From the IMG/VR virus record IMGVR_UViG_3300027818_000041, positions 301 to 64,300 of that record: a stretch of 64,000 bases of DNA; one strand, given 5' to 3'. The translations under genes were made by a program, and so were the position numbers. How positions within the stretch are numbered: the first letter of the stretch is position 1; every line of letters begins with the position of its first letter. Below are positions 51,230 through 60,125 of the stretch, in pieces. A model generated the notes under the pieces. The model ran no database searches and was not told the DNA's origin. It saw only the letters and a program-made list of their open reading frames with translations. Source of the DNA: a virus (taxonomy: Duplodnaviria > Caudoviricetes).

Positions 51230-52119
51230 TGTATATAAATATTGTAACTGTAACAAGCGGCTGGATTTTATCAAAGATAGCTGAACGAACGGCGTCTTAC
51301 TATCAACATGATGACATTGAATTTTCAGTTACACATGCTCCCCATCCTAAGGCAGATGTAAATTATTATGTCTGCATTCAAAATTGTTACTTTGGTTACA
51401 AGACTAAATGTGACATTGGGTATTTTTGTCATGTGCATCAGGATAATATGGCTTGGCTTCATAACATTTATAAAGCTCAAAAGTTTTATCAGTTGGATGG
51501 TATTATTAGTATGAATAAAAGACAGACTGATAATATGCTCAAAGTTGGGTACCCCCCTTCAAAGCTTACTACTATTGTTCCTGGTGAAACAAAAGACATG
51601 TTTCCATTGAAAAAGATAGTTATAGGAATTGTTTCAAGAGGGGGACAGCCGGATTATGGTCCAAAATTTATGGAGCAGTTTTTAAGTACATATGATTGTA
51701 CTAATTTTAAGTTTAGATTTTTAGGAAGAGATTGGGATAATGTGTATTCTATTGTTAATAATAAAAATATAGAAGCTGAATTTCTAACAGACGCTGACTA
51801 TTCAATATACCCGGAGTTTTATAGAAACATAGACTATTTGTTAGTGCAAGGTATCGCTACTGCTGGTCCTATGGCAATGCAGGAGGCTTTGTCAACAGGC
51901 GTGCCTGTAATTGGAGCAGATGTGGGTTTTGTGAACTATGAGTTTAAGCCTGATTATACTTTCCCGCCGGGGAATGTAGAACAACTGTCTGCTATTCTGG
52001 ATAATATTCAAGCTCCCAGGTTGGCGCGTAGGGCACAAGTAGAACACATGACCTGGAAACAATATGCAGAGGATGTGATGTCCTTTATTAAGAAAATTAA
52101 GGCGGAAAAGGGGTCCTGA
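51229..52119 (+). CDS. GT-B fold glycosyltransferase (GT4-like)
   Basis: DYLLVQGIATAGPMAMQEALSTGVPVIGADVG. Confidence 0.7.
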   Translation: MYINIVTVTSGWILSKIAERTASYYQHDDIEFSVTHAPHPKADVNYYVCIQNCYFGYKTKCDIGYFCHVHQDNMAWLHNIYKAQKFYQLDGIISMNKRQTDNMLKVGYPPSKLTTIVPGETKDMFPLKKIVIGIVSRGGQPDYGPKFMEQFLSTYDCTNFKFRFLGRDWDNVYSIVNNKNIEAEFLTDADYSIYPEFYRNIDYLLVQGIATAGPMAMQEALSTGVPVIGADVGFVNYEFKPDYTFPPGNVEQLSAILDNIQAPRLARRAQVEHMTWKQYAEDVMSFIKKIKAEKGS

Positions 52120-53276
52120 TGATTAATCTTATTAATGACACAATAAGTAAAGAAGGTGTTAATGATTTAGTATCCTGGTTAAAGACTTATCCTAGGCTTA
52201 CAAAAGGATCTTTAACCCCACAATTTGAAGATGAGATTGCTGCTTGGTTGGGTAGTAAGTACGCGGTGTTTGTGAACTCAGGATCTTCTGCTAATTTAAT
52301 AATGCTGTATGCCTTGATTGTGAAAAGGTTGTTAAAAAATAACAAGGTGGTGGTTCCGGCACTTTGTTGGATTACAGATATTGCTCCAGTTATCCAGTTT
52401 GGTCTAGATCCTATACTTTGTGATTGTAATTTAGATAATTTGTCTGTGGATCTAGATTATTTGGAGAGTCTATTCATAACAGAAAAACCAGCCGTTCTAT
52501 TGTTGGTGTCTATTTTGGGTTTTTCTCCAGATATGGATCGTATCCAAGCTCTTTGTAAACAGCACGATGTTATTTTATTGGAAGATAACTGTGAGTCTTT
52601 GGGCACTGTTTATAAAGGCAAGAAGCTAGGTACTTTTGGTTTGATGTCAACTACGTCCCTATACTTCGGGCATATAATTTCCACCATTGAGGGTGGAGTT
52701 GTGTTCACTGATAACAAGGAGATGTATAATCTTCTATTGGCTTTGCGATCGCACGGTTGGAACAGGGATTGGAGCACGGAAGATAGAGCTGCAATAGAGA
52801 AGGAATGTAATGTTTTAGGTATAAATGCTTTATATACTTTTTACTATCCGGGGTTTAATGTAAGGTCTACTGATTTGCAGGCATTTATAGGAATAAACCA
52901 ACTTAAGAAACTAGATAACATAATAGCTGCTCGTAATAAAAATTACAATTTATACTTTGACAATCTAAAGTGTGGTTGGAAACCCAAAGAAGTGGAAGGA
53001 TCCTACACTGCAAATTTTGCATTTCCTATTATAAGCTATCTAAAAAATGAGATAGCAGATGCTTTACGGCACAACGAAATAGAGTCACGTCCCTTGGTCT
53101 GTGGTTCTATGGGAACACAGCCTTTCTATAAGGATTTATATGGTGAATTACATCTAGAGAACTGTGGTATAGTAGATAAAGAAGGTATTTATATACCAAA
53201 CCACCCGGGGCTTACCCATGAAGATATTATGAGGATTTGTAACATTATTAATACGGTTTGTCAACAGGAGAAGTAG
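52119..53276 (+). CDS. DegT/DnrJ family PLP enzyme of ColD type (sugar 3-dehydratase-like)
   Basis: VNSGSSANL, LEDNCESLG, SLYFGHIISTIEGG with His185 at the Schiff-base Lys position, RSHGW, GFNVRSTDLQA. Confidence 0.8.
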   Translation: MINLINDTISKEGVNDLVSWLKTYPRLTKGSLTPQFEDEIAAWLGSKYAVFVNSGSSANLIMLYALIVKRLLKNNKVVVPALCWITDIAPVIQFGLDPILCDCNLDNLSVDLDYLESLFITEKPAVLLLVSILGFSPDMDRIQALCKQHDVILLEDNCESLGTVYKGKKLGTFGLMSTTSLYFGHIISTIEGGVVFTDNKEMYNLLLALRSHGWNRDWSTEDRAAIEKECNVLGINALYTFYYPGFNVRSTDLQAFIGINQLKKLDNIIAARNKNYNLYFDNLKCGWKPKEVEGSYTANFAFPIISYLKNEIADALRHNEIESRPLVCGSMGTQPFYKDLYGELHLENCGIVDKEGIYIPNHPGLTHEDIMRICNIINTVCQQEK

Positions 53277-53279
53277 TTT

Positions 53280-54089
53280 ATGAAGTTCACGTACTACACC
53301 ATCATCGGGAAAGATCTTGAATTATTAAAGGGGCATGTTGAGAATGTCAAAGAATATGCTGGGTTTGATAAGCTCACTTGCGATAAAGAGTTCCTGATTA
53401 TAGTTTACAAAAATAAAAATATTCCTACTAATGTAACTGATGTATTATTAGAGTATTGTGCTAATAATGGAATTAGAACTGTGCTTTATGATGAGCCTAC
53501 AGATTCTTTTTTAGACAATTTATATAGGTCTTGGAATCTAGGATATGAGCATGCTACAGACGGTTATGTTTTCCGAGCCGGATCAGATCAGGTGTTCTCA
53601 AAAGACAGTTTTCCAAAACTGTATGAAGCAGCCCTTAAATTACGGGTAGGATTTGGAGATACAAAAATCATTTTACAAGCAAATACAATAGAAAACAAGA
53701 CCAGAATTATTAGTACAGGTGCTGGAAGCAGGCATTTCTGTGAGGATTTTGGTTTTACATTTCAAAGCTTTGACTATGCTGCGTTTGAAAACTTTATTGC
53801 TTCTATAAACAAAGGAGTTCCTGAGATAGTAGACATAGCTACTGCTTTGGGACATTGGGGGCACCCAACCCCACTGCCTACTTCTTTAGGTATGGTAAAT
53901 AGAGTTGATGGTTGTTCTTGGTTGATGACTAAGGAAGATTTTAATAAGTACGGTCCCCTGCCCCCCTTAGAAAACAATGTCACGGGGGACGTAATAATAC
54001 ACGATCGCTTCCAAAAGGCAGGGTATCAAAGCTACATTGTTAGAGATTGTATAACTTATCATTTTGTACGCTGGGAACGTATGTGCTAG
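53280..54089 (+). CDS. Putative GT-A fold glycosyltransferase / hypothetical protein
   Basis: SWNLGYEHATDGYVFRAGSDQ and C-terminal GDV...ITYHF resemble GT2-like elements. Confidence 0.45.
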   Translation: MKFTYYTIIGKDLELLKGHVENVKEYAGFDKLTCDKEFLIIVYKNKNIPTNVTDVLLEYCANNGIRTVLYDEPTDSFLDNLYRSWNLGYEHATDGYVFRAGSDQVFSKDSFPKLYEAALKLRVGFGDTKIILQANTIENKTRIISTGAGSRHFCEDFGFTFQSFDYAAFENFIASINKGVPEIVDIATALGHWGHPTPLPTSLGMVNRVDGCSWLMTKEDFNKYGPLPPLENNVTGDVIIHDRFQKAGYQSYIVRDCITYHFVRWERMC

Positions 54090-54111
54090 TCATAAATATA
54101 TAGGAGCTTTT

Positions 54112-54903
54112 ATGGACGTTGGTATAATAGGGATTGGTGTTGTGGGTGGTGCTATAAAATATGGGTTTGAAAAATTAGGACACAAGGTTGTTTGTCATGA
54201 TATAGCTTTGGAGACTAAAATAGAGGACGTTTTAGCCACCGAGATTTGCTTTGTGTGTGTTCCCACCCCCTCCAAAGATTCCGGTGAATGTGATACTTCC
54301 ATTGTGGAATCAGTTGTTGACAAACTGGCAGAATTAAAGTATACTGGTATAATAGCTATAAAATCAACAGTGGCGCCCGGAACAACAAATAAATTAAAAG
54401 AAAAGACTGGACTACTTATTTGTTTTGTTCCTGAGTTTTTAAGAGAAAGATGTGCAGTCACAGACTTCACAGAAAAACACGACGTCTGTATAGTAGGCAC
54501 CGAAGATACATCAATATATTCAAAAATAAAAGAAGCACATGGAAGATATCCCAAGGAGTTTGTAATGCTGACTCCTACGGAGGCTGAGCTTTGCAAATAC
54601 TATAATAATATTTTGAATGCCTCGCTTATAACATTTGCTAATAGTTTTCATGAAGTATGTAATAGTTTTGGTGTAAACTATTCGAATGTAAAAAACGCTA
54701 TGGTAAAGCGCGACCACATTACAGATATTTATTTAGACTGTAATGAGAATATACGGGGCTTTGCTGGTCCCTGTTTATTGAAAGATTTGAAAGCCATAGC
54801 CAATGTTTGTGAAAGAGAAATGCTGAATGTTGATTTCTTTAAGACGCTTCTATCAGAGAATGCAAAATACACAGCTACGGTCTTTGAAGGTATGCGTAAG
54901 TAG
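54112..54903 (+). CDS. UDP-glucose/GDP-mannose 6-dehydrogenase family protein lacking the C-terminal domain
   Basis: VGIIGIGVVG, CVPTP, KSTVAPG, PEFLRE, AELCKY, GFAGPCLLKD. AGGAG RBS favours ATG 54112 over the track start 54064. Confidence 0.8.
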   Translation: MDVGIIGIGVVGGAIKYGFEKLGHKVVCHDIALETKIEDVLATEICFVCVPTPSKDSGECDTSIVESVVDKLAELKYTGIIAIKSTVAPGTTNKLKEKTGLLICFVPEFLRERCAVTDFTEKHDVCIVGTEDTSIYSKIKEAHGRYPKEFVMLTPTEAELCKYYNNILNASLITFANSFHEVCNSFGVNYSNVKNAMVKRDHITDIYLDCNENIRGFAGPCLLKDLKAIANVCEREMLNVDFFKTLLSENAKYTATVFEGMRK

Positions 54904-54911
54904 GAGGAGTT

Positions 54912-55340
54912 ATGATTCTTATTGCTCATAGAGGAAATATAAACGGACCTAATCCCGAGAAAGAAAACAATCCTGATTATATTAAAGAGGCGCTTTCTTT
55001 GGGGTACGATGTAGAGGTAGATGTTTGGGATGTGAGGGGCGGGCTTATGTTAGGACACGATTATCCACAACATTCAATACCATTTAGTTTCTTAGAAAAC
55101 AAACATTTATGGATTCATTGTAAAACTGTAGAGACACTTAGTCGTTTAGTTATATACCCAATCAACTGTTTCTTTCATAATGTAGATGATGTTGTTCTGA
55201 CCTCAAAAGGCTACCTGTGGACTTATCCTGGAAAACCGCTATATGGAAACTCTGTGTGTGTTTTGCCAGAGCTTTTTCCAGAGCAGACTATTCCAAACAT
55301 TATTGGTATGTGCAGTGATTTTGTAGAGAAATACAAATGA
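54912..55340 (+). CDS. Short glycerophosphodiester phosphodiesterase-like protein
   Basis: IAHRGN...EN...DVEVDVW...GHD...WIHCK motifs; 142 aa. Confidence 0.7.
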   Translation: MILIAHRGNINGPNPEKENNPDYIKEALSLGYDVEVDVWDVRGGLMLGHDYPQHSIPFSFLENKHLWIHCKTVETLSRLVIYPINCFFHNVDDVVLTSKGYLWTYPGKPLYGNSVCVLPELFPEQTIPNIIGMCSDFVEKYK

Positions 55341-56716
55341 TTAAGTTAATAGTATTTGATCTAGATGGCGTCTTAGTAGAATCCAAAGAAATACATTTCT
55401 TATCTCTGAACGATGCTTTACGTGCGGTGGATGAGAGGTATGTTATTTCAAAGGATGACCATCTACGAAACTTTGATGGCTTGCCTACTAGAAAAAAACT
55501 AATAAAGCTTACAGACACCAAACTTCTTCCTCAGAAGTACTATGATACAATCTGGAAAACTAAACAGGAGTTTACCACAAAATACATAAGACAGACCCCA
55601 AGAAATGATAGATTGTGTAATTTGTTTAGTAAGCTGAAAGAGAGTGATGTTTCCATATATGTTTGTTCCAATGCCATCAGGCAAACGACTAAGCTATATC
55701 TTATAGCTTTAGGACTTATTGAATATGTGGATGGGTTCATTTCTAATGAGGACATTGTGCACCCTAAACCACATCCAGAAATGTATATGAAAGCGATGGT
55801 TATGGAGCATGTGTCCCCCAAGGAAACACTTATTATAGAAGATTCCCATGTAGGAATTACTGCTGCAGTAGAATCTGGAGGAAACGTTCTTATAGTTAAA
55901 AATCCAAGTGAAACCACAGAAGAGCGTGTTTTTGGTCGTATATCACACATAAATAATAAGTCCACCATTAAAATAAAATGGAAAGGTGACAAGATGAACA
56001 TTATTATTCCGGCGGCTGGGGCAGGTAGTAGATTTGCAAATGCAGGATATACATTTCCCAAACCATTAATCGATGTTAATGGAAAACCAATGCTTCAGGT
56101 TGTGGTTGAAAATCTTAATATAGAGGGAATTTACACATATATAGTACAAAAAGAGCATTATGATAAGTATAATCTCAAATATCTGCTGAACATGCTCACT
56201 CCAGGCTGTAATATCGTCTGTGTTGATAGTTTAACGGAGGGGGCAGCCTGCACTACCCTTTTAGCTAAAGACTTTATAAATAACGATTCTGCCCTTTTAA
56301 TTGCCAATTCGGATCAGTATATAAAATGGGATAGTGTAGAGTTTATGTATACAATGACAGCAGGTCAAGTAGATGGAGGTATCCTGACTTTTCGTAGTAC
56401 ACATCCAAAGTGGTCATATGCTAGGCTGGACGAGGAAGAATATGTTTGTGAGGTTGCTGAGAAACGTGTCATATCTGACATGGCTACTGTTGGGATCTAC
56501 TACTGGGCTCATGGGTCTGACTACGTTAAGTACGCAGAACAAATGATTAACAAGAATATTAGAGTTAATAATGAGTTTTATGTAGCACCTGTGTTTAATG
56601 AGGCTATAGCGGATAATAAAAAATTTAAGATCTTTGATGTAGACAAGATGTTAGGGCTAGGAACTCCAGAGGATTTACAGCATTTTCTACGGGAGCTTGA
56701 GAATGGTAGAGTTTAG
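55337..56716 (+). CDS. Fusion of a HAD-IA phosphatase and a BcbE-like sugar nucleotidyltransferase
   Basis: FDLDGV...KPHP...IEDS (HAD), then MNIIIPAAGAGSRF...PKPLI...EGAAC...NSDQ...HPKWSY...NNEFYV...LGTPEDL. Confidence 0.85.
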   Translation: MIKLIVFDLDGVLVESKEIHFLSLNDALRAVDERYVISKDDHLRNFDGLPTRKKLIKLTDTKLLPQKYYDTIWKTKQEFTTKYIRQTPRNDRLCNLFSKLKESDVSIYVCSNAIRQTTKLYLIALGLIEYVDGFISNEDIVHPKPHPEMYMKAMVMEHVSPKETLIIEDSHVGITAAVESGGNVLIVKNPSETTEERVFGRISHINNKSTIKIKWKGDKMNIIIPAAGAGSRFANAGYTFPKPLIDVNGKPMLQVVVENLNIEGIYTYIVQKEHYDKYNLKYLLNMLTPGCNIVCVDSLTEGAACTTLLAKDFINNDSALLIANSDQYIKWDSVEFMYTMTAGQVDGGILTFRSTHPKWSYARLDEEEYVCEVAEKRVISDMATVGIYYWAHGSDYVKYAEQMINKNIRVNNEFYVAPVFNEAIADNKKFKIFDVDKMLGLGTPEDLQHFLRELENGRV

Positions 56717-57407
56717 TAATGATGAAAAGCAAGTTATAAATACTTCTCAAAAAATATATGATAGCTTTAATGATTTCATCTTCAGTAACGATACTAAGGT
56801 TTTCTCCAAGCTTATAGCTCGAACTGTGCTTTTCAAGCAGGTTATGGATGTTCCTGGGGATATAGTAGAGTGTGGCGTGTTTAAGGGGTCTGGGGTTCTT
56901 ACTTGGTTGAAACTCAAGCACTGTCTAGCCTATAATAGCTTTAAGAAAATTGTTGGCTTTGATTTCTTTAATACAGCAGAACTACTAAAGATTCTAAACG
57001 GCATAGATCGAGAGCGGATGGAAGACCTTTTTATATCAAGAGGATTTTCTTTGAATGAATCCTATGTTAAAGTACTTGAAGATATAATTCATAGTGCCGG
57101 ATTTAGTAAGTCTACTTATGAGTTGATCTCAGGAGATATCTCTAACACAGCCTTTGATTATGTACGCAAAAGACCTGGGGCTAAAATATCACTGCTCTAT
57201 CTTGATCTTGATTTAGAGAAACCCACTTATGACGCACTTGGGGCTTTTTGGGATATAGTGTCTGTAGGAGGTATAGTGGTCTTTGATGAGTATGCTTATC
57301 ATCAATGGTCGGAGGCAAGAGGAGCAGATCGTTTTTTTAATTCGAAGAAAATAAAAATAGTTACTCTTCCATACAATGCTCCAACAGCCTATGTTGTAAA
57401 GGAGTAG
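56703..57407 (+). CDS. TylF/MycF/NovP-family sugar O-methyltransferase
   Basis: VPGDIVECGVFKGSG, GFDFF, LLYLDLDL, GGIVVFDEY. ATG 56703 after GGAG preferred to the track TTG 56697. Confidence 0.85.
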   Translation: MVEFSNDEKQVINTSQKIYDSFNDFIFSNDTKVFSKLIARTVLFKQVMDVPGDIVECGVFKGSGVLTWLKLKHCLAYNSFKKIVGFDFFNTAELLKILNGIDRERMEDLFISRGFSLNESYVKVLEDIIHSAGFSKSTYELISGDISNTAFDYVRKRPGAKISLLYLDLDLEKPTYDALGAFWDIVSVGGIVVFDEYAYHQWSEARGADRFFNSKKIKIVTLPYNAPTAYVVKE

Positions 57408-57409
57408 TC

Positions 57410-58096
57410 ATGCGTGTAGCCTTATTACAGACTATGTATGACGAACATGAGATTGTACTACACAACATTAATGTTGTGTCTAACCTGTATAAAGACTCTT
57501 TGTTTTTTGTGACACATTCTTTTGACAGGAACTCAGAGACGTTGGAAGTAATTAAAAATAGAAGTAAATACAAGGCGCTAAAGAATCTTGTTGGGGATGT
57601 TGAACGGTTAAAATTACCGGCGTATGCTGTGACCAGGAATTACTCTGATTTATTTTCTAATCTTTATGCCTCAAGGGAGAATGTAGATCTTGTGGTGGCT
57701 CTCATGGGGGACACAAAAATAGTTGATGCAAAAAGCTTTGAGAGAAGGTTTAATGAAATGATGGAGCATAATTACAAATTATATGCATGTCAGGCTAAAA
57801 CACAAGTATTTTGGTCCAGTGATAAAACATTAGACAGAGTACAGACTGATGACCTTGCAGATTTTATGCCTCAGTTGTTTTTTGTAGACGGGCATTTCAC
57901 AAAAACTACCAGGGTTTTTTGTAATGTGCCAATAACAAATGAATACACAACAGAACAATGTTTAGGTGATGCCTTTTTACAGCAAGCGCAGTTGTCTGAT
58001 ATTGGAAGATTAAATAAAGAGCCAACTTATTGGAAAGACTACCAGGATGGTATAATATGGCAGGCTTTAACCAATGGGGCTCCGGGTAGACCATAG
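57410..58096 (+). CDS. Hypothetical protein in the glycan island
   Basis: AAGGAG RBS; 228 aa; no family recognised. Confidence 0.55.
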   Translation: MRVALLQTMYDEHEIVLHNINVVSNLYKDSLFFVTHSFDRNSETLEVIKNRSKYKALKNLVGDVERLKLPAYAVTRNYSDLFSNLYASRENVDLVVALMGDTKIVDAKSFERRFNEMMEHNYKLYACQAKTQVFWSSDKTLDRVQTDDLADFMPQLFFVDGHFTKTTRVFCNVPITNEYTTEQCLGDAFLQQAQLSDIGRLNKEPTYWKDYQDGIIWQALTNGAPGRP

Positions 58097-58105
58097 AGGA
58101 ACGAT

Positions 58106-59122
58106 ATGGAGACAGTTCTTGTTACCGGTAGTCAGGGGTTTGTAGGATCATATTTTTGTGCAGAACTACTAAAGAATAACTATAAGGTTATAGGCATTGA
58201 TAACTACTCAAAGTACGGTAAAGTATTAAGAGGACACGATTCGCATCCAAATTTTGTTTTTTATGAGGGGGATGTTCTTGATGTGCTTCCAGCAAAGGCT
58301 TTTTTCGAGGTGGATTACATCGTTTGTCTTGCTGCTATGATTGGGGGTATCTCTTATTTTCATAGATATGCATACGATTTATTGGCAACCAACGAGCGCA
58401 TTACAGCTACTACTTTTGATAAGGCGATATCTTTGTATAAGCAACATCGTCTTAAGAAAATTGTCAATGTATCAAGCAGTATGGTTTTTGAAAATACAGA
58501 TGTTTTTCCTACTCCGGAAGAAGAAGTAATGCATTGTCCTCCTCCTCTAAGCACATACGGGTTTCAGAAATTGGCTACGGAGTATTTCTGTAAGGGTGCC
58601 TTTGAGCAGTATGGGTTGCCTTATACAATAATAAGACCTTTTAATTGTATTGGTATAGGGGAGGAAGAGGCATTGTCTGATGATGTCGCTGTATATGTTG
58701 GTAATAAAAAAATGCTTATGAGTCATGTTTTACCTGACTTTATTTTTAAGGCATTACACTTAGGACCAGACGAAGAATTTCCTATTTTGGGGGAAGGTAA
58801 TCAAGTCCGTCATTTCACAAACGGTAAGGATCTTGCTAGAGGAATTAGATTAGCAATGGAATCCGAAGCTGCCAACGGAGAGGTGTTTAATATTTCGCAT
58901 CCTAGACCTGTGTCCATCAAAGAATTAGCTGAGATGGTTTGGGGTTTTATTCACAATACACCTATAAAGTTAAAATCATATCCTCCTTATAAATATGATG
59001 TTCAGTATAGGAGCCCTGTTGTGGAGAAAGCGGAAAGAATTCTGGGTTTTAAGGCAGAGATAGATGTAGAGGAGAGTGTAAAGGAAGTTATAGATTGGAT
59101 GCGAAATAACATAAAAGACTGA
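58106..59122 (+). CDS. Extended SDR nucleotide-sugar epimerase/reductase (Fcl/GME-like features)
   Basis: TGSQGFVG, LAAMIGGI, SSSMVF, YGFQK, RPFNCIG, Q.RHFT...DLA. Confidence 0.85.
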   Translation: METVLVTGSQGFVGSYFCAELLKNNYKVIGIDNYSKYGKVLRGHDSHPNFVFYEGDVLDVLPAKAFFEVDYIVCLAAMIGGISYFHRYAYDLLATNERITATTFDKAISLYKQHRLKKIVNVSSSMVFENTDVFPTPEEEVMHCPPPLSTYGFQKLATEYFCKGAFEQYGLPYTIIRPFNCIGIGEEEALSDDVAVYVGNKKMLMSHVLPDFIFKALHLGPDEEFPILGEGNQVRHFTNGKDLARGIRLAMESEAANGEVFNISHPRPVSIKELAEMVWGFIHNTPIKLKSYPPYKYDVQYRSPVVEKAERILGFKAEIDVEESVKEVIDWMRNNIKD

Positions 59123-59130
59123 GAGGATGT

Positions 59131-59490
59131 ATGTGTGATTCTTTAGGAGACTATATAGAAACATTTATAAAAAAAGCGGTTACTGCTTATGATCAGAGTT
59201 TTAATTGCCCCGATACATTTGAAGAGTTAATTAGCTTTGGTGAGCTAGTAGATCGATTGTCTATTATAAATTTCAAGTTATATAAATTAAAAGACGAAGT
59301 TATGGATCGGCAGGATGATGATACTTTCAAGGCATGGGCGGCTGTGGAGGATGTTAAACTCGTAAGAGAAAGATCTCGTCTTAAAAAATGTATAGATGAA
59401 AAGATAATTGCCATGATTACTCGCGTGTACAAGGGCGACATCTCCTGTGGGTTTAATCCAGAGGTTAAAAAGTACGGACAGTTGCCCTAA
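59131..59490 (+). CDS. DUF4254/DUF6165-like helical protein
   Basis: SFGELVDRLSIINFKLY...RSRLKKCIDE. Confidence 0.5.
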   Translation: MCDSLGDYIETFIKKAVTAYDQSFNCPDTFEELISFGELVDRLSIINFKLYKLKDEVMDRQDDDTFKAWAAVEDVKLVRERSRLKKCIDEKIIAMITRVYKGDISCGFNPEVKKYGQLP

Positions 59491-60125
59491 TGAGTGGCAA
59501 GTTGTTTCAGGATACAAAAACCTTTTGGGAAGAATGCCATGAGAAAGGTCTTGAAGTTTCTTTATCAGGGTCTAAATATGATGAGGTTATAGATTCTCTC
59601 AAGATAGGGGCATATATAATTCCTGGGGCTAAAGTGTTAGAGATAGGCACTGGTCTTGGCTTTGTAACAAAGGGCTTATATGATAAAGGAGTATCTGTAA
59701 GCGCTCTAGACATTTCGGAAGTTTGTTTAGCCAGAGTTAAAGATTATTGTGAGCAGCTTTTTCCAGTCTCGGAAATAAACAAGTTACCGTCTAATTATTT
59801 TGATTGTATTATTTGTGTAAATGTGGTACAACATATACCTACAGAACTATTAAAGGTAGAACTGGTCAATTGCATTAGGGCATTAAGGAAATATTCTGGT
59901 GTTTTTGCTGTAGAGTTCGTCTCTAATAAAGATGCGGAAGATACTGGTATTGACGCAGACCTAAGCACAATAAAGAACGGTCTTTGTTGTAGAACACCTA
60001 AGTATTTTTCAAGTTTGGTGGAAGAGGCTGGGGGAAATTGTAATATTATAATTAGTAATAAATGTGATATAAACGGGATACATGGTTGCCATGTAGCTCA
60101 CATTTGGAGGAATAGGGATGTTTGA
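59490..60125 (+). CDS. Class I SAM-dependent methyltransferase
   Basis: KVLEIGTGLG, ALDISE, FDCIICVNVVQHI. Confidence 0.85.
   Translation: MSGKLFQDTKTFWEECHEKGLEVSLSGSKYDEVIDSLKIGAYIIPGAKVLEIGTGLGFVTKGLYDKGVSVSALDISEVCLARVKDYCEQLFPVSEINKLPSNYFDCIICVNVVQHIPTELLKVELVNCIRALRKYSGVFAVEFVSNKDAEDTGIDADLSTIKNGLCCRTPKYFSSLVEEAGGNCNIIISNKCDINGIHGCHVAHIWRNRDV

Noticed and set aside
58106-59122. UDP-xylose synthase, which would fit Ser-Gly xylosylation
   Set aside because: Lacks the ASTSEVYG and YDEGKR motifs of UXS; closer to Fcl/GME-like SDRs.
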